From assembly GCF_000150275.1 (NCBI RefSeq), contig NW_002060971.1:103212-167211 (forward strand): DNA of 64,000 bases, written 5' to 3'. Origin of the DNA: Trichoplax adhaerens (Eukaryota > Animalia > Placozoa). This document shows positions 11,522 to 25,717 of this stretch, piece by piece (the stretch's first letter is position 1; the number at the start of each line of letters is the position of its first letter). Below the pieces are notes generated by a model that was given only the letters and a program-made list of their open reading frames with translations, made no database searches and had not been told where the DNA came from. The position numbers were made by a program, and so were the translations under genes.

Positions 11522-14500
11522 TCAACCTTCATCACGAATGATTTCTTGACGCTGCGTTTCATACTCGTCTTTAATAGATTTCTCTTCCTAGTTGATAAAG
11601 TGTCAGCTATTGTTAATACTAAGAATTGAATTAACTACAATTTTCGTAAATGATGCGTTATCGACAAAATAAATCTTATAATATGAAAGGATTTAAAAAT
11701 AAACACTCAACAGGCAATACTGCAATTTACCTTTTTCCTTTCATTACCAAGCTCTTCTGCAAGTTCTTGAAATCTACTTTCTAAATCTGCAATTTCCTTT
11801 TCTTGCTTATTCTTTAGCTACAAAACATTCAAGGAGAATTTAGTAATAGTTATAAATATCGCAATATTTAACTACTAACTGACCACAAAAATAGATTAAT
11901 AATACAGCACATTGCCGGTCCAAATGATTACCTTGTGTGTTTCTTGGACCGCGTCTTCTACCATTTTACGTCTCACTTCACTTTTCAAGCTAATCATATT
12001 TAAAAAAGCACCAAGTTATTAGTACTTAATACTTATTACAAATCTTGTTTTTTACTTTCTAACAGCAAAACTTATTAATAATAATTATAATTAGTAATAT
12101 AGTTTTTATCGGAAATAAGAACCTTCGAAGCTCATGTTTATCAGTAGTAGTTTTGGAGACAGTTTTAATTTCTTCTTTAGTTCTAACCGCCAAATATTTT
12201 TTCATGCTACATTCCTCCCTAAAATAAATTATAAAAATATACTTATAATGTACTCGTAATAACAGATAATAAATTTAATGCTTAAGTAAAAAGATCTTCA
12301 TGTTATCAATACATTCGATTACGGGCACTGTATACATATATTAGGGTGCAATTGTAATCATATAGTTGTCTAATGAAAAAGTTCATTAAAAAAGTACTAT
12401 TTACAGAAGCACAAGTGTATTACAGAAATAACCAATCAAGACTATGAAAGATTTGTAAATCTGCAAAAATATTAATGACAAGTGGTATGTACGATAACTC
12501 CGATAATAATTTCAACCAGATTGACAGATAGTTTCGGGCAGCAATTGTACTATTATCATAGTAAGTACCCATAAAAATTAAGTCAATATCGTTTTGCACG
12601 TATTAATACAGTATCTGAGAGAAGATATTATAGTAAAAATCGTAATCTATCTTCAACAATGCCATAGTATAAATGTGATTTTGTAATTTTACAAAGGGGC
12701 TGTACTACACGAGTACATGTACAACGTAGACTGCACTAGTCAGTAACATGCCACTGTAACAACAATATGCCACCATGTTGTACTAGTAAGATTTTGTAAC
12801 TGGTGCCTTAAAGCTTACTTTTCGTGAGCTTGCTGTAACTTTTTTTTGCTTGAAATTTCATATTTCTCTAGCAATTTCTCCTTAATATCGAATTCCTAAA
12901 TAATTAAAAAAACTTTATATAGATACTGCATTACAAAGAATCTGCTATTTTATTACTACTATTAAAATTAAATAACGTAATTAGAATGGCATGATAGTAA
13001 ATGTCCGGTGATATACTACTAACAGTTTTTAAGTGCTTCATTCTTAATTCGTAAAATGCTTCAACTTGACAAAGCAAAAGTTTCTGCATTTCTGATTTTT
13101 GTTCATTTTCCAACCACGTAATATTATTGACCTAATCAGTGCAATTAAATTGATTTTAGAATATAAATCTATTTAGGTGATAGCAAGCGTAATGAGTAAC
13201 AAATTTTTTTGTAAAATCAAAATTAATGATACCTGAGAACCAGTAGGTTTATTGTTCCTATATTAGTCGGATTAGTATTTTGCGAATTTTAGAACAAGCA
13301 AAAATTAAAATAAAGGACAAGTTTGAATGGAAGCGGCAACTGCAGTTCGATTAGTTTTTCACATTAGCTAACGCTTAAAGTACAGTCAATTATTCGTGAT
13401 GATTGAAACCGTAATTATTATATAGTTACTTGCTAAGTAATGTAGTTGTTATGCCAATATATAATATTACAACAAGATTTACTTACTTAGGAGAAATTGG
13501 CGATTCATTTTGGCGTAATTTACTCAAATTTTCGTTGTGTACTTTTGCTAACGTTGATTTAGACTATTAACAGTACATAATTATCCACATTAATAGCATT
13601 TCAAAACTGTATTACCATTTGTTAACTGTTAAACATATAATTTACTTTTAAATGCTTTTTCATCACAGCTCTTGCTTCTTGTTCATTAAGGGACTGTTGC
13701 TTTTTGAAAGTCTAAAAGAAATGAATAGATACAGACGATTAGCAACATACATAACATAATTTATAAATGAAAATAAGATAGAATAATTACTTTTTTATTT
13801 TCAACCACTACTAAATCATAGTTTCTTTCCATAGTTGGTTCTGGCTCAACATGATTAGTTTGGCCTTGAATCTTAGTACCATTGCCATCACTGCTGATTT
13901 TCTTTGGCACCGGTTGGGGAGGATTCGTCTTATCATGCGAATGAGGCGTAACCGGATTTCGAGATTGAGGAGGATTGTGTGGAGGATTAAATTTGCTTTG
14001 AGAATCTTGTTTTACTGATGATTTCCCGTTATTTGTCTCCTAATTGATATAAATACATTAATCAACTGCTTAACTTAAGCTATGCTTTCATCTTGAATGG
14101 CGTATGCTATAGGAATATACAGGCTACGATGTACTCCGATTACCCCCTGCGCATCGTCTTCGTCCATTAACTCAGCCAATTGTTCTGTCCTTTTTTCAAC
14201 TGCGGATTGGAAGTTAATAGGATCAGCCAAAGCGGCAGCAAAGTCTTTTAAAGTTTAAAATAGATAATTAGACTCCAACAGTGAATTTATAACCTGAGAA
14301 GGAAATTAGGGTTAGGAAATTTTTATGATCATTTAATTTTGATATCATACCAGCTAGACCTCCCGGAACGTAATCATTGACATCAATCTTGACAAAAATT
14401 GTAGCTGCGTTTACTAACATATTCGATTCTGAACGCAACTGAATTTGTCGATAGCCTATTAAGTGGGTTATGTTGAATAGCGACGAAATGTAATACAAAG

Positions 14501-17500
14501 TAACTTTAGTAAACTTTATTTACTTGCTATACTCTGGTAGATAATATTACCAATATTTAACTAACCTGCTCTTAGGACTTCTACTGGTAAAACACGCTGA
14601 CCTATAAGTTTACCGCTTTCTTCGTGAATACCAATTTTAAGCAAAGCAAGTTGCGGTAAAACAATCTGTGGATAAACAATCAATCGAAGAATTCTAATGA
14701 TTATTATGATCATACAGTATTTATCATCATGGTTGCAAAAATAGTAATATACTACATTATACATGTATAATGTAGTTTTTCAATAGATCATTTTTATCGA
14801 GGTCAACAAAGCTAACCTTTTTGAACACGAATGGTTCTTCATCATAGAAAGGATTAATACCATTATTAGGTACTAATTTCGTCCTGTACCGCTTTCTGAC
14901 TGTATCAACAGGTAGTCCGTACATTTCTACTTCAATGTAAGTACCAATTCGCTTTTCTGTTAACAACTGTCCCGAGAGAATCTATAGCATAAAAATATTG
15001 AAGTAGCCCAATCAGGATATGGTAAGAATTATATTTGTTACAATGATACCATAATCGAAATTTGAAGGTTGCAACTTAACACTGAAAAATGCTATGATTT
15101 AAATTTATATATATTACGTAACTGAATATGATATCTAAGGAATAAATACAGTACTAAGAGTACATAAAGTACATTCTATTTCCAATATAATATAGTAATA
15201 TACCTTGATGGAAAGTTTACCAGCCACTATCCCATCCACTGTCGATTCTGCAAACGGATCAAAATTTCGATCTTTCTTTCGCATAAAGTCTGGCTTTAAT
15301 AGGAACCTATATGTATACAAATAAAGAATCATATTATAATACCAAGAAAATCGAGCGGTAATTTAGGAATACGATCACAGTATTATATCTCAAAACAGTG
15401 TCATGCCAAACTGTAGCAAGTTAGCTGTGCATAATTTGGCAAATTGACCAATTTATCATAAATGAATTATTTAGTACAATTTTTTACCCGCATCGACCAT
15501 TAAATTCAAATTTTCCATTGTTAAGTTGCATAGGAAGATCTACACGATCGAGTAGCAATAACAAATATTATTTATATTTTAATTGGGTAGCATGTTTATT
15601 GAGTAGTAAATTGTATAAAACTTCATATTCAATATTCAACTTGCCCATAGTTTGAAAATTGAGAGCCACAAGTTGACAACCCGCATTCCAATAAATTTGA
15701 GGTATATAATTGCTAGAATCGACACGTTTGCCTTTTGGATATATTCGAGTTAGCTGTCTCTTGTTATAGCTTTAGTTGATACACGTCAAGGAAATTATTT
15801 AATTGTTATTCAATTCAAGTCATCGTAAAATAAAACACAACAAGCCACATCCTAGTGATATAGTAAACATAATTTAACAGTTTATCAATTTTCAAAGGAT
15901 ACTTTACAAATTCGATTGGTTGTTCCTTTAGCTTATTAGTTGCTGAAGTTTCAACAAAGGAAGACATTTCCCATGAAAAATTTTTCTCTATCATTAGTGT
16001 AGTAATACATTGACATAAAATTAATAATTAATTTTTTCAACACAAAAACTAAGAAAGTTTTATGAGACAGTAACTTTATCACGCCCGTATATCCGCATTC
16101 ATATTGAATATTTTAAGAAGAGCATTATCTACGCTACATTATTACATACTATCAGCTTTTTCAAAGCCCGGAAAGTGCACAGGTGTTACGTAATTAACTA
16201 GATCAGATAATTCTTTGCAGCAAGTATTCTCATCGTTTCGTTTCTAGATATAGTAATAAAATCGTTATACTATTAATTTAAAAAAAACTAAATTTGAACT
16301 GCAGAGGTTTAATATATTTAACTTACTTTCTTCACTTTCTTTTGTTTCATTCGAGTAACTTGCTGATTGACTGGAGCCTCTTCTTCAGCTTCTGATTCAC
16401 CATCGGTTTCTTCTTCAGGATTTCCATCATTTTCTGCAGATGTTGTAGCAGGAGGAGCTTGAGGTTTATCCGTATCAGCTGCGTTGGCAGCTTCATTCGA
16501 TTGTTGCTGTTGATCTGGTACATCAACAGAAGGTTGTTTTTCGACATAAGCTACCATATCTTCTGTTAATTTTTTATTTTTGATAATTATTTTTCGATAT
16601 AAAGCACTCGGTGGTGGTAGTGGTTTTCCAGGTTCGAGCTATAACAAAGGGTATTTATAGTGAGCAATTATTGCAATCAACAACTTAGTATACACTAGGA
16701 AATCCAAGAAATTTGCAACATACAGTGCAGTATTACTAGACGTAAAATTAAAAAGATATTAATGTCTACCGGATAGTCATCGAGGATTTTATTCAGGAGC
16801 ATATCACCAAAGATTGTTTTACAATACTGAGCGAGCTTTTGTTGCTGTTTAGTACTAAAGATAATATTTATGTAATATTTTGCATTAATAAAAATTACTA
16901 TATAGCTTTAGTAAAGTTTCATCACTTTAATGATAAGTATTTCCTATTAGAAATAGATTCAATACAGTTATGTGCATTTACTGTAGTTTTAAAATTCTTA
17001 CGTGCAATGATTTTCGAACGATAATATTACTGGGTAATCAGACGTTTTAAATGCAGAGTCAGCAATTGCGTACATTACATCCTGTATGAATTGATCATAA
17101 ATATCAATATAAAGAATAGCATTTTATAGCAAGGAGTTAGAATTAGCAAAGAATGGAAAAATTACAATTCAGAGAAATAACTAGCATATTTAAAGAATTA
17201 TTAGAGTGTATATATAAGACTTTTATTATCAACGCTACCTTAAATGAGATATCTGTACACATCGTAAATCCGTGGGTAATAATTGGCTCCTGGTCGTCTC
17301 CTTTGCCATCCCAGCAATCTAATTCTATGCAACGACAACCAGCTATTAGGACTTGTCGATACATTTCAACGGAAGATTTACCCGTAAATTGGTGACCTAT
17401 AAATTTAACGTCAATTAAGAAATTAGATCAGATTGATTTATCATCTTTATCTTGGAATCGACGACATTATTCGATCCAAAGTGAGTTGCAATATCCAAAA

Positions 17501-20500
17501 AAATGATAGTTGATATTCCTACCTGACAGATAGGTATTATGTGATGAATTGATGAAATAGCTAGACAAGGGTTGATTGGGATCTTGATAGATGTCTAATG
17601 ATTCAAGTGGAATTATTGCATTATCTTCACTCATTAAATAACGCGTAAATCCATCCAGAGATAATTGACCTGATGTAAAAATAAATTTATCAGTTAAAGT
17701 ACAATCGATGTCGCGATAGGGTTATAACAGTAAGCTAGTAACGGCAAATATAAATGTCGATTAGCCAGGTTTACCTTTGCTATAGAATTCCTTTTTTGTT
17801 TCAAACTTGGAAATTATCTCTTGTCCTCGTTTTTCATCTACGTAGGGATATATAATCTCGTTAAGTCTTGGATCACGCTGGTCTTTATTCAAAAAGTCAA
17901 CGAATTGCTGCAACGTCAAATAAGGTTTCTTTTTCGCTCCACTGCAATGAAATTTGTAATATTTTAAAATTAGCGTAACTACATCAACGATAGTCTACAA
18001 AGATTGATAAATTTGTAGATCAAAGTTACAATTATGAAAATAAATACGATGTTATGAAAGGATACAGATATTACATAAATTCTACGGTAATATTAATGAG
18101 TACTGCCAATTTCAGGTTAATGAACTCAATTTACTATACAATGCACATTAATCTCTTAAAGTGAAGATCGATTGATCCTAAATAAGGAATCAATATATAG
18201 CATACAGTGATTCGAAAACTTTCTGAACATCGTGTCTATTCAGCAAACGAAAGTAGAAATTGAGGAAATCTTCAAAAGTAAGTTTGGATGTAGGTATAAA
18301 GTCAGTCTGAAATAGAATATTTTTAAGATATAAGATTTTCAGTTATTTTTCTTAATCATGGTGTCCATTCTGTAATACGTTAATAATCGATTCGTATATA
18401 CAATTCAAAGCTTAATTTTTACTATGCAAATATTACATAAAATCTATCAACCTTTATATTGGAAGGTAATCCAACAGCTGCCAAGGCGTCTGTAACTCGT
18501 TTTTTATCATCTTTGTGGTTACAATAAATTTTAGCAAAGCTGAAATTGAGAAAAAAAAGGGTGAGAATCACCAATTATCTATAATTAATAAGTTCCATTA
18601 TTCAATTCTGTAGTCATGAGAAGAGATTAACATTTAACAATAGAAATAATGAAATAATCATTATTCTGAATAAGGGGAGATACTTTCGTGTCATTACAAT
18701 AAATTGTTAGTATTTATCTCAGTAGATATGATAATTTTCTTACTCTTTGACGGATATTTTCCCTTCACCGACAGTTTTGCAGACTAATTTGTTGTATCTT
18801 TATAAGAGAACAATATGGTTAGCCAAGATAACAAACAAATACTTTGTACCAAGATTAATTATTCAATTATTCCTTCATGTAACGTTAACAGAAGTAAAAA
18901 TTAACGTAATTTCAAGTTACTTACTGAACTTCCAGAACCGATATTGGCGGTGCGTTCAGAGCTAATAAGTTATGGCATAACGCGAACAGATTGGTTGTCC
19001 AATCCTATAATTTTTGAATTTAATGCGATAAAATTGTGACATTTTTCTGGCTATGATGCCTTAAAAATTATTATAATTACTGTATACAACGACATTAACG
19101 ACATAAGTGAATAAAATTTTATCCACACCAATAATAGTTTCAATCCAACAACGATCAAAGGTATAATAAATGTAATAAATAAATAATATTTCAATTTTTT
19201 TTTATTAGCACGAAAAGCTATTCAAACTATTATCGGAACTCACCTTAGCGACTTTAGCAGAATTTGATACGAAGGTAATGAAAAAGATATCTACCATATT
19301 GTATCCGTAAACTACAGTAACCGATTTATCTTCCAGTGATTCCTCATTATTACCACCCATATCGAGTGAATTTCTTAATTTGGAATCCTATAAATTAGTA
19401 TCAAAGAGAAAAGTGAATTGTCATAAAAATTACTTTTTTATTTGTAATTACTGTGGATAACTATCACGTTGTATAATAACGGAATATCAATCTAATACTG
19501 CCAATTAAAATAGCTTTATAGCAATAGAACGTATAGTAACTATTTTTTCAAATTCAATATTAATTGATTTGAAGAAACATAAAATTGACATAATGTCTAT
19601 TGTACGTGTATACGATTTATAAATGTTACAAAGGACCGGTATATATTGTAAATGGGTGGCCTTTCCATAAATAGAGAAGGCAATATTGAATAGTTAGATC
19701 AGGTGTTGCGAGTATTGCGTCTATGAAGTGGTGGATAGTATCAGTTTTAATTCTAATAATTGGATAATACTACGGTACAGAATGAAATAATCTCTCTGGT
19801 AGAAAAGGTAGCATCAACGTGACTACGAAACGTGATCAAAGTTGACAAAGCACAGTAATTTAGGCATAGATAGTACGCTTATGGCCTAAGTGCATTTATA
19901 AAAGGTTAATACAGCACAGTATTCTTTTCAGCAGTGATTCAAAGTTTTTCAGATATGAAAACATGCATTGAGTAGTGAATAAAATCGGCCTACTAGTTAA
20001 GATATTCAATACATTGTAAAATGTTACTTTTATCTTGTAGTTGTCGATAAATGCCGTCAGCACAACACTGCAATGAACCGCCATCTTTAGTATTATAAGT
20101 ACATACGCGTATACGCATGGTAGGACCATATTTTATTGTCTTTTAACGGTCTGTAACGTATACATTTTGCCAGTTAGCCAGCAGCTATTAAGGTTACCGT
20201 AAATAAGCGAAATTGGAAATAGATATAGTTGTCTAATTTGTAACGTCATATTGCTAAAGTAATGTTCATCATTACTTGGAATTAGTATTTAATCCAGTGA
20301 ATTAAAATTTGAAGGTGTACATTATGAATTGCAGTTATAGCATGAAGAGAAACAGCCTATGTTATTTTCGCAAGTTGTGCAGAGCATTGCAGTTAAACAA
20401 GCATACAGCAAAAACATTCATCTGACATTGTTGTATATGCCAGCTTATGTATTGTTGGAGATATACATTTTGACGGGGTATATGAGTGGCTATAAGAAAA

Positions 20501-23500
20501 TGATAAAGCTCTTAAAAGCTGACTGGTACTACTGTACGAAGTGCCGAAAAAAATGCATGATGGTATTATAATTTACACGATTCATGAATGTACAATATTA
20601 CTCTATATTGAGTTATTGAATTCAACTTTAATAGTATTTGGTAATTAGTGACGATTAGAGCCATTCCGTAGGAAAGGCTTAGTACTCCTCATATTCAGTA
20701 AACTCAAATACATCAATTACAACATCGCCTACAGAAAAAAGTTTAAAGTATCTAAAACTCACCTTTGGTAATCGAGCAGCACGACCAGTCCTAACATCTT
20801 TTATAATGTTGATTTCTAGGCAATCGGAATCCTACAAGATTTAATAGAGTCCATTTATATTCATTTATAATAATTATCACAATTCATCAATAACGAATAT
20901 TGAAAGATATAGTACGTAGACTACACTGTATACGCGTCTACAGTTTGGAAATGGCTTGTATTAAGCCATGTTTTAAGATTGTCAATGGCAGTATCCAATA
21001 GAATTTAAATTGAAGATGAAATGAACTTTGAAGGTAGTCATTAGAACAGTATTGATAAAAAATTGTTTAAAATTGGATCTCCATTCCCGAGAAGGTCTGT
21101 TGTTAAGATTTTTGAAAAGGGATGCTTCATCAATACACGTACATATCCCATAATGGGTAATCCGAACATTTGATGGCAACACTAGGATCAACATCACCTT
21201 AGCTTATTGACATAGAGTATTGATCAATAAATTGATGGACTGCTCAACGGGAGCGTATGTTATGCCGTGAATGCTGTTGGCGAAACGCAACGTACACCAT
21301 CACTTCGAGCAGTGTACTTCACGATGCTGCTCAAATACTTGAGATATTGAGCATCAGTCAAAACTTGATGCAATCTGCCATTGGACTGATCATTATAATT
21401 AAGAAATGGCCATACTGGATAGATCAGTGTGCCTAAAATCGTTGCAGTTGTATAATTGATGCTCGGCAAGTTTTACGTACTACACTACTACATGCAGTGT
21501 GTCAGAGCAGTGGAAATGAGTACTTTCCAAAATAATCATTCTGTACTCTATTGCAATAGCTACAGGACAATATTCAAAATAGATTCCGTAATCAATCGCC
21601 GTTGTAGCATTGTCAAATGATTGAGCATTCTGTGTTAAGAAAATCGAGACTATCAAGTTTCAGCTGAGTCAAGCTGCCAATTTGGTTGTTAGTAGTGCAG
21701 CACTCTAGATTGAGAAGGACATTGAATTGGAATTATTTAAAATTCTACAAGATCGAACTCTTGACGACTACTATAGTCCACAGCAGTATACTTTACTATA
21801 TCGGTACTACATAACACTTTATTGCCTATTTGTCCATTTACTGTAAATTCAATATTCGTCCATTTGGAGGATATAACCTTGCAAGGACTACCTTCAAACT
21901 ACTAGGCAAGCTGTAGCTGTCCGATATTAGTCATGACCGTGATGGGAAATTGTGAGCGAACCGTTATAACTGCACTTTAAAGATTCAGTTATGATCGAGG
22001 TTTTTCTTACCTCTATGTTTGTTGCCACTGTACTATACAATGAATTCATTAACTAATTATGTTATTTAGGCGCTGTTGAAAGTCTCTGCCTCGCCTTGCC
22101 CCCTGCAAGGACTTGGTTAACAGTACAGTAGTACAGCGATTCAAGCTTTTGTTTCTCACCATCATGAATCAACGTTGCAACACAACATGGATGCTGTATT
22201 CCCTCAATTTAGTAGGTTAGTACCAAGTTCACAACAACGCTTTATCCTAGCATCATTTGGCTTGGTTACCGATAGTTTATTGTAGCGTAGTTATTACTAA
22301 ATCAAATAAGGTAAAGGATTATTGGAATCGGAGAAATTGTACAGTAAAATCCAAGATTCTAACAATCCTGTTTATTGTAGCGTAGTTAGTAATGAATCAA
22401 ATAAGGCAAAGGATTATTGGAATCGGAGAAATTGTACAGTAAAAACCAAGATTCTAACAATCCTGTTTATTGTAGCGTAGTTATTAATGAATCAAATAAG
22501 GCAAAGGATTATTGGAATCGGAGAAATTGTACAGTAAAATCCAAGATTCTAACAATCCCAACCAAATCAAGTCTATTTCTGTAGTGGAAATGACGAAATC
22601 CAATCCAATTATGATATTGTCAGATTTTCTATATAAAACACTTTAATACCGCTATTACAACATAGCTTAGAACGCTATGTTAATAACTATAGAAAAATTG
22701 GATATTTATCGTGGAAGTAAAAAGAACAAAAAAAACTTGGATTGAAAGACATCGTAGTGTAAACGCGCATAGTACGAAAGCAGATGATGGATGATACAGT
22801 TGCAGTGTAGTAACATTGCATACTGCATTATTGCTAGTGTTGCAAAACCATTTATCATTTATAAATCAGATTGGTAATTATAATAATAACAACATGGCTC
22901 TATTTACTTATCATCAAAATTGAATATCATACTGTGCTGGGTAAAACTCCCGACTGTAAAGGGGTCTATTTTGTTATACCGTATGGAAATTAATGAATGA
23001 ACAACTGCAACTTTCTATGCATATTGTCTGTCTATATGATGCTATCGTACTAGAGACGTTGCAAACATTTATTACAAAAACTGATATGGTCGCCTAGAAA
23101 CAACACTAAATTTTACCTTTGTATCTTGGCCTCGCCAATAAAGAACATTGCCTTTCGTATTCACTTTTAATGTGCAAACGTGCGCCACTGCATTATCCTA
23201 AAATTGAAAAAAATAATCAACATTTTAATGTTTCATTAGATTATTGAGCGATTTTAGTCCAGTCTATACTGGCATATTGTAGGATAAGGCATTGCGAAAA
23301 AGGATACTCTGCTAAAAGTGGACCACTTCAGAAGCGTATAAAACTTCCAAAACCAACAATAAAACGTTGAAGCTCTAATACCCTTCTTTTAAGCCTATTT
23401 CATGCAGGCAATGCTAATCTTGACGCAGTTGCTACCAGTTACCTATTGCAGTAGACTATTTCCTATCTTATTGCGATAAATTAGCTGATATTGTTTAAAA

Positions 23501-25559
23501 AGTCGTCTATTATAGTGCAATATGATGTTTTTTTATCACGCAATGTAGGTATTGGTACTACAATATGCCTTAATGTCATAAAAGTAGGATATTTCTTGTT
23601 TACCCTGACAGCATGATGATCAATACTGTGTAGTAAATTGTGGAGAGAGATTGGATTGAGTGGTAGACTTGTCGACCGCTGTCATGGGATGTAGGTTTAA
23701 GTTGTCAAATTGGTGCAAGCGGCTATCCGATAGCAAATTAGATTCATTCAAGTCAACACTAATCGATAGTTCAATGTGGATTGAATGTAAACGAATCAAA
23801 ATAGACGATCCTGTAGTGTACATCTCCTGTCTTGACAATTTGCAATGATTGTCACCAAGTAATTCTTTCAATAGCAACAAAGGAAGAGATTTAAGAAAGG
23901 GCTCTAGTTATTGCTTGTAGTCGGTTTAGTTGGACATCATATGTCAAAACGTCAATAATAACTTGAGCAATTTCTTCATTTTATCTCACCCACCTTTGCA
24001 GATCACTTTTACTCCAAATTTCACTAATGCTGCCGGCTAGAAGAAGAATCATTTTCAACCCATAGGTCATGATATCAACATGGTTGAAAACAATCAGTTC
24101 TTCATTTTGTTACTACACAGATGTTGTGATAGTTTAGTAAGCTCTTATGACTGAATTAGGCTCCTCCATATGGGCATGTGTTTTTTTTACTCATCATCAT
24201 TGTGGCTGCATGTAATAATAGACAGCGATTGGATCACAAAGGAAGGGTGGGGAAATTTCCTTTGTAAACTATAGGTACAGCGATAAAAGTAAAGCGAGCA
24301 GGAGCCATTTTACAAAGTCAAAATGGGCCAAATTTTCATGGAAATAGTGTACTAATCTATTGATGATATCAGTCTTTGGACTGGCTATCGTGTAGATCAA
24401 CTTGAATGAAGCGATACCGTCGATTATTTGCATAAAATGGATCAAGAGTCGATATTAATGCAATGGTCAAGACATGGGCAATTTTCGCCTTGTCAACAAT
24501 CGATTTTAGACCCATTCGATAGACTCGTATGATGATAATGAGATTAGGACATACGGGCGATATGTCGCCTTGAATTTTGTACTGTTGGTTAAATTGAAGG
24601 GAAAAGTATTGGTCTACTTCTAGTACGATAGGCAGTTTGAGCAGATGACAGTATGCCCTGATGAAAGATTCGATTGTCTTGAAAGGGCTATCGTTCTCCA
24701 AGTCGGGAATTGATCGCAACGGAACTTTCAGAAATTGACGTAGCATAGTGCAATAAATCACATCAGGTTTATTCCAACATCTATCCTATCCATACGAGTA
24801 CGCGTTGTTCTTGATCTGGTAAACAGTACGATTGAGGCTAACACTACTCCTACGGATCTGTCCTTCTTTTCCATGATAATAATGAATTGATTATTATACA
24901 GTACAATCTTTATAACTTACTTTGATCTATTTCGATTGCCATTTTTTTTTTCTACTTCCGATTCCTTGCATTGTATGCGATGAAGTAAAGTACGTGTAGG
25001 ACTAGCAAGATTGAACATATGTTCTTGTACATTTTTTTTTATTTTGGTTATCACTTCAAAGTCGAGTCATGATTAATTATGACAACATTCTTGAGAGAGA
25101 GAGAGAGAAGGGGGGGGGGGAAAGTTATTCCTTTGGATACGGACATGGACTGTACTTTACAGTAGTTGGAAGTAAAAGTGTAGCAATCATGCAAGTGCAA
25201 AAGACGAAAACGTTTATCAGCGTCTAAATCAATACAATGGTTTGGTAAACGGGAGATAGTTTGGTTATATCATACATTGATAGGATTAGGTCAAAGTTGA
25301 ATGTCTACTGTCCAGTATTGTCGTTCTACAGCGTTTTTCTATCATTTGTTTGGAGTGAGTAGAGCAATAATGGAATGACCTACTGTAAGATTGGATTGTA
25401 CCGATGTGGAACATCATCCATGCAATGTTGCACTTTCTTTTTTTTTACATTGGCAAGCCTACTTACATCATCCCATCGTATAAATTTTCCTCCTTTTACC
25501 AAGATGTCGCTGACCTCTGGATATTTCAGGCGCTTAACGTTAATTTTGGCGTCGGCCAT
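11522..25559 (-). CDS. PLCB1: Phospholipase C beta, PLCB1/2/3 (PLC21C) clade; PH, EF, X, Y, C2 and coiled-coil CTD; about 30 exons
   Basis: Exon 1 (25559-25467) gives [31 protein letters not shown]; exon 2 gives [27 protein letters not shown]. Further motifs: EF-hand [12 protein letters not shown]; catalytic [42 protein letters not shown] and [14 protein letters not shown]; Y box [21 protein letters not shown]; C2 [13 protein letters not shown]; Gq-binding [14 protein letters not shown] at 11524-11522. The symbol denotes the clade, not 1:1 orthology. Confidence 0.92.
15540..15644 (-). other. GC-AG intron in the PLCB1-like gene
   Basis: NFQTM-G|gcaagt ... gtgtag|AT-LPMQLN is required to restore the conserved NFQTMDLPMQLN; there is no GT at the junction. 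Confidence 0.85.
15770..15902 (-). other. U12-type GT-AG intron in the Y box of the PLCB1-like gene
   Basis: Donor GTATCCTTT at 15902-15894; branch TTTCCTTGAC at 15794-15785, 16 nt from the AG; splicing restores FV-N-YNKRQL. Confidence 0.9.
22275..22558. repeat. Tandem repeat, 3 x 95 bp, in PLCB1-like intron 2
   Basis: GTTTATTGTAGCGTAG... starts at 22275, 22370 and 22465 with near-identical units. Confidence 0.95.
25093..25120. repeat. (GA)n microsatellite followed by a poly-G run
   Basis: gagagagagagagagaagggggggggggg read directly; a similar T-run plus G-run lies at about 34887-34920. Confidence 0.85.
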
Positions 25560-25617
25560 ACTGACCGGCTACGTATGACCGTAGGCGAAAATGGAATTTT
25601 CAATTGGATTGCCGAGA

Positions 25618-25717
25618 CTGGAGAATAATTTTGCTGTTGTCAATTGAGAAGAAATGGTCATGATAAGATCGGAAAATGATGCTAACGACTATTTCATTGG
25701 TATCATCATCCACTTAC
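25618..25717 (-). other. Probable 5'UTR intron of the PLCB1-like gene
   Basis: Donor AA|gtaagt at 25717 and acceptor ttctccag| at 25618, 58 nt upstream of the ATG; the 100-nt length is typical of this locus. Confidence 0.5.

Noticed and set aside
18057-18065. Additional GTATCCTTT (also near 23300) as U12 donors in the PLCB1-like gene
   Set aside because: These lie deep in introns with no open exon upstream and no U12 branch site at the next acceptor; about one chance occurrence is expected per window.
24369-24761. 130-aa ORF in PLCB1-like intron 1
   Set aside because: No recognisable homology or compatible splice sites; treated as a chance ORF pending BLAST.
24921-24942. Alternative first exon MAIEIDQ followed by gtaagt on the minus strand
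   Set aside because: It ends in phase 1, which is incompatible with phase-0 exon 2.
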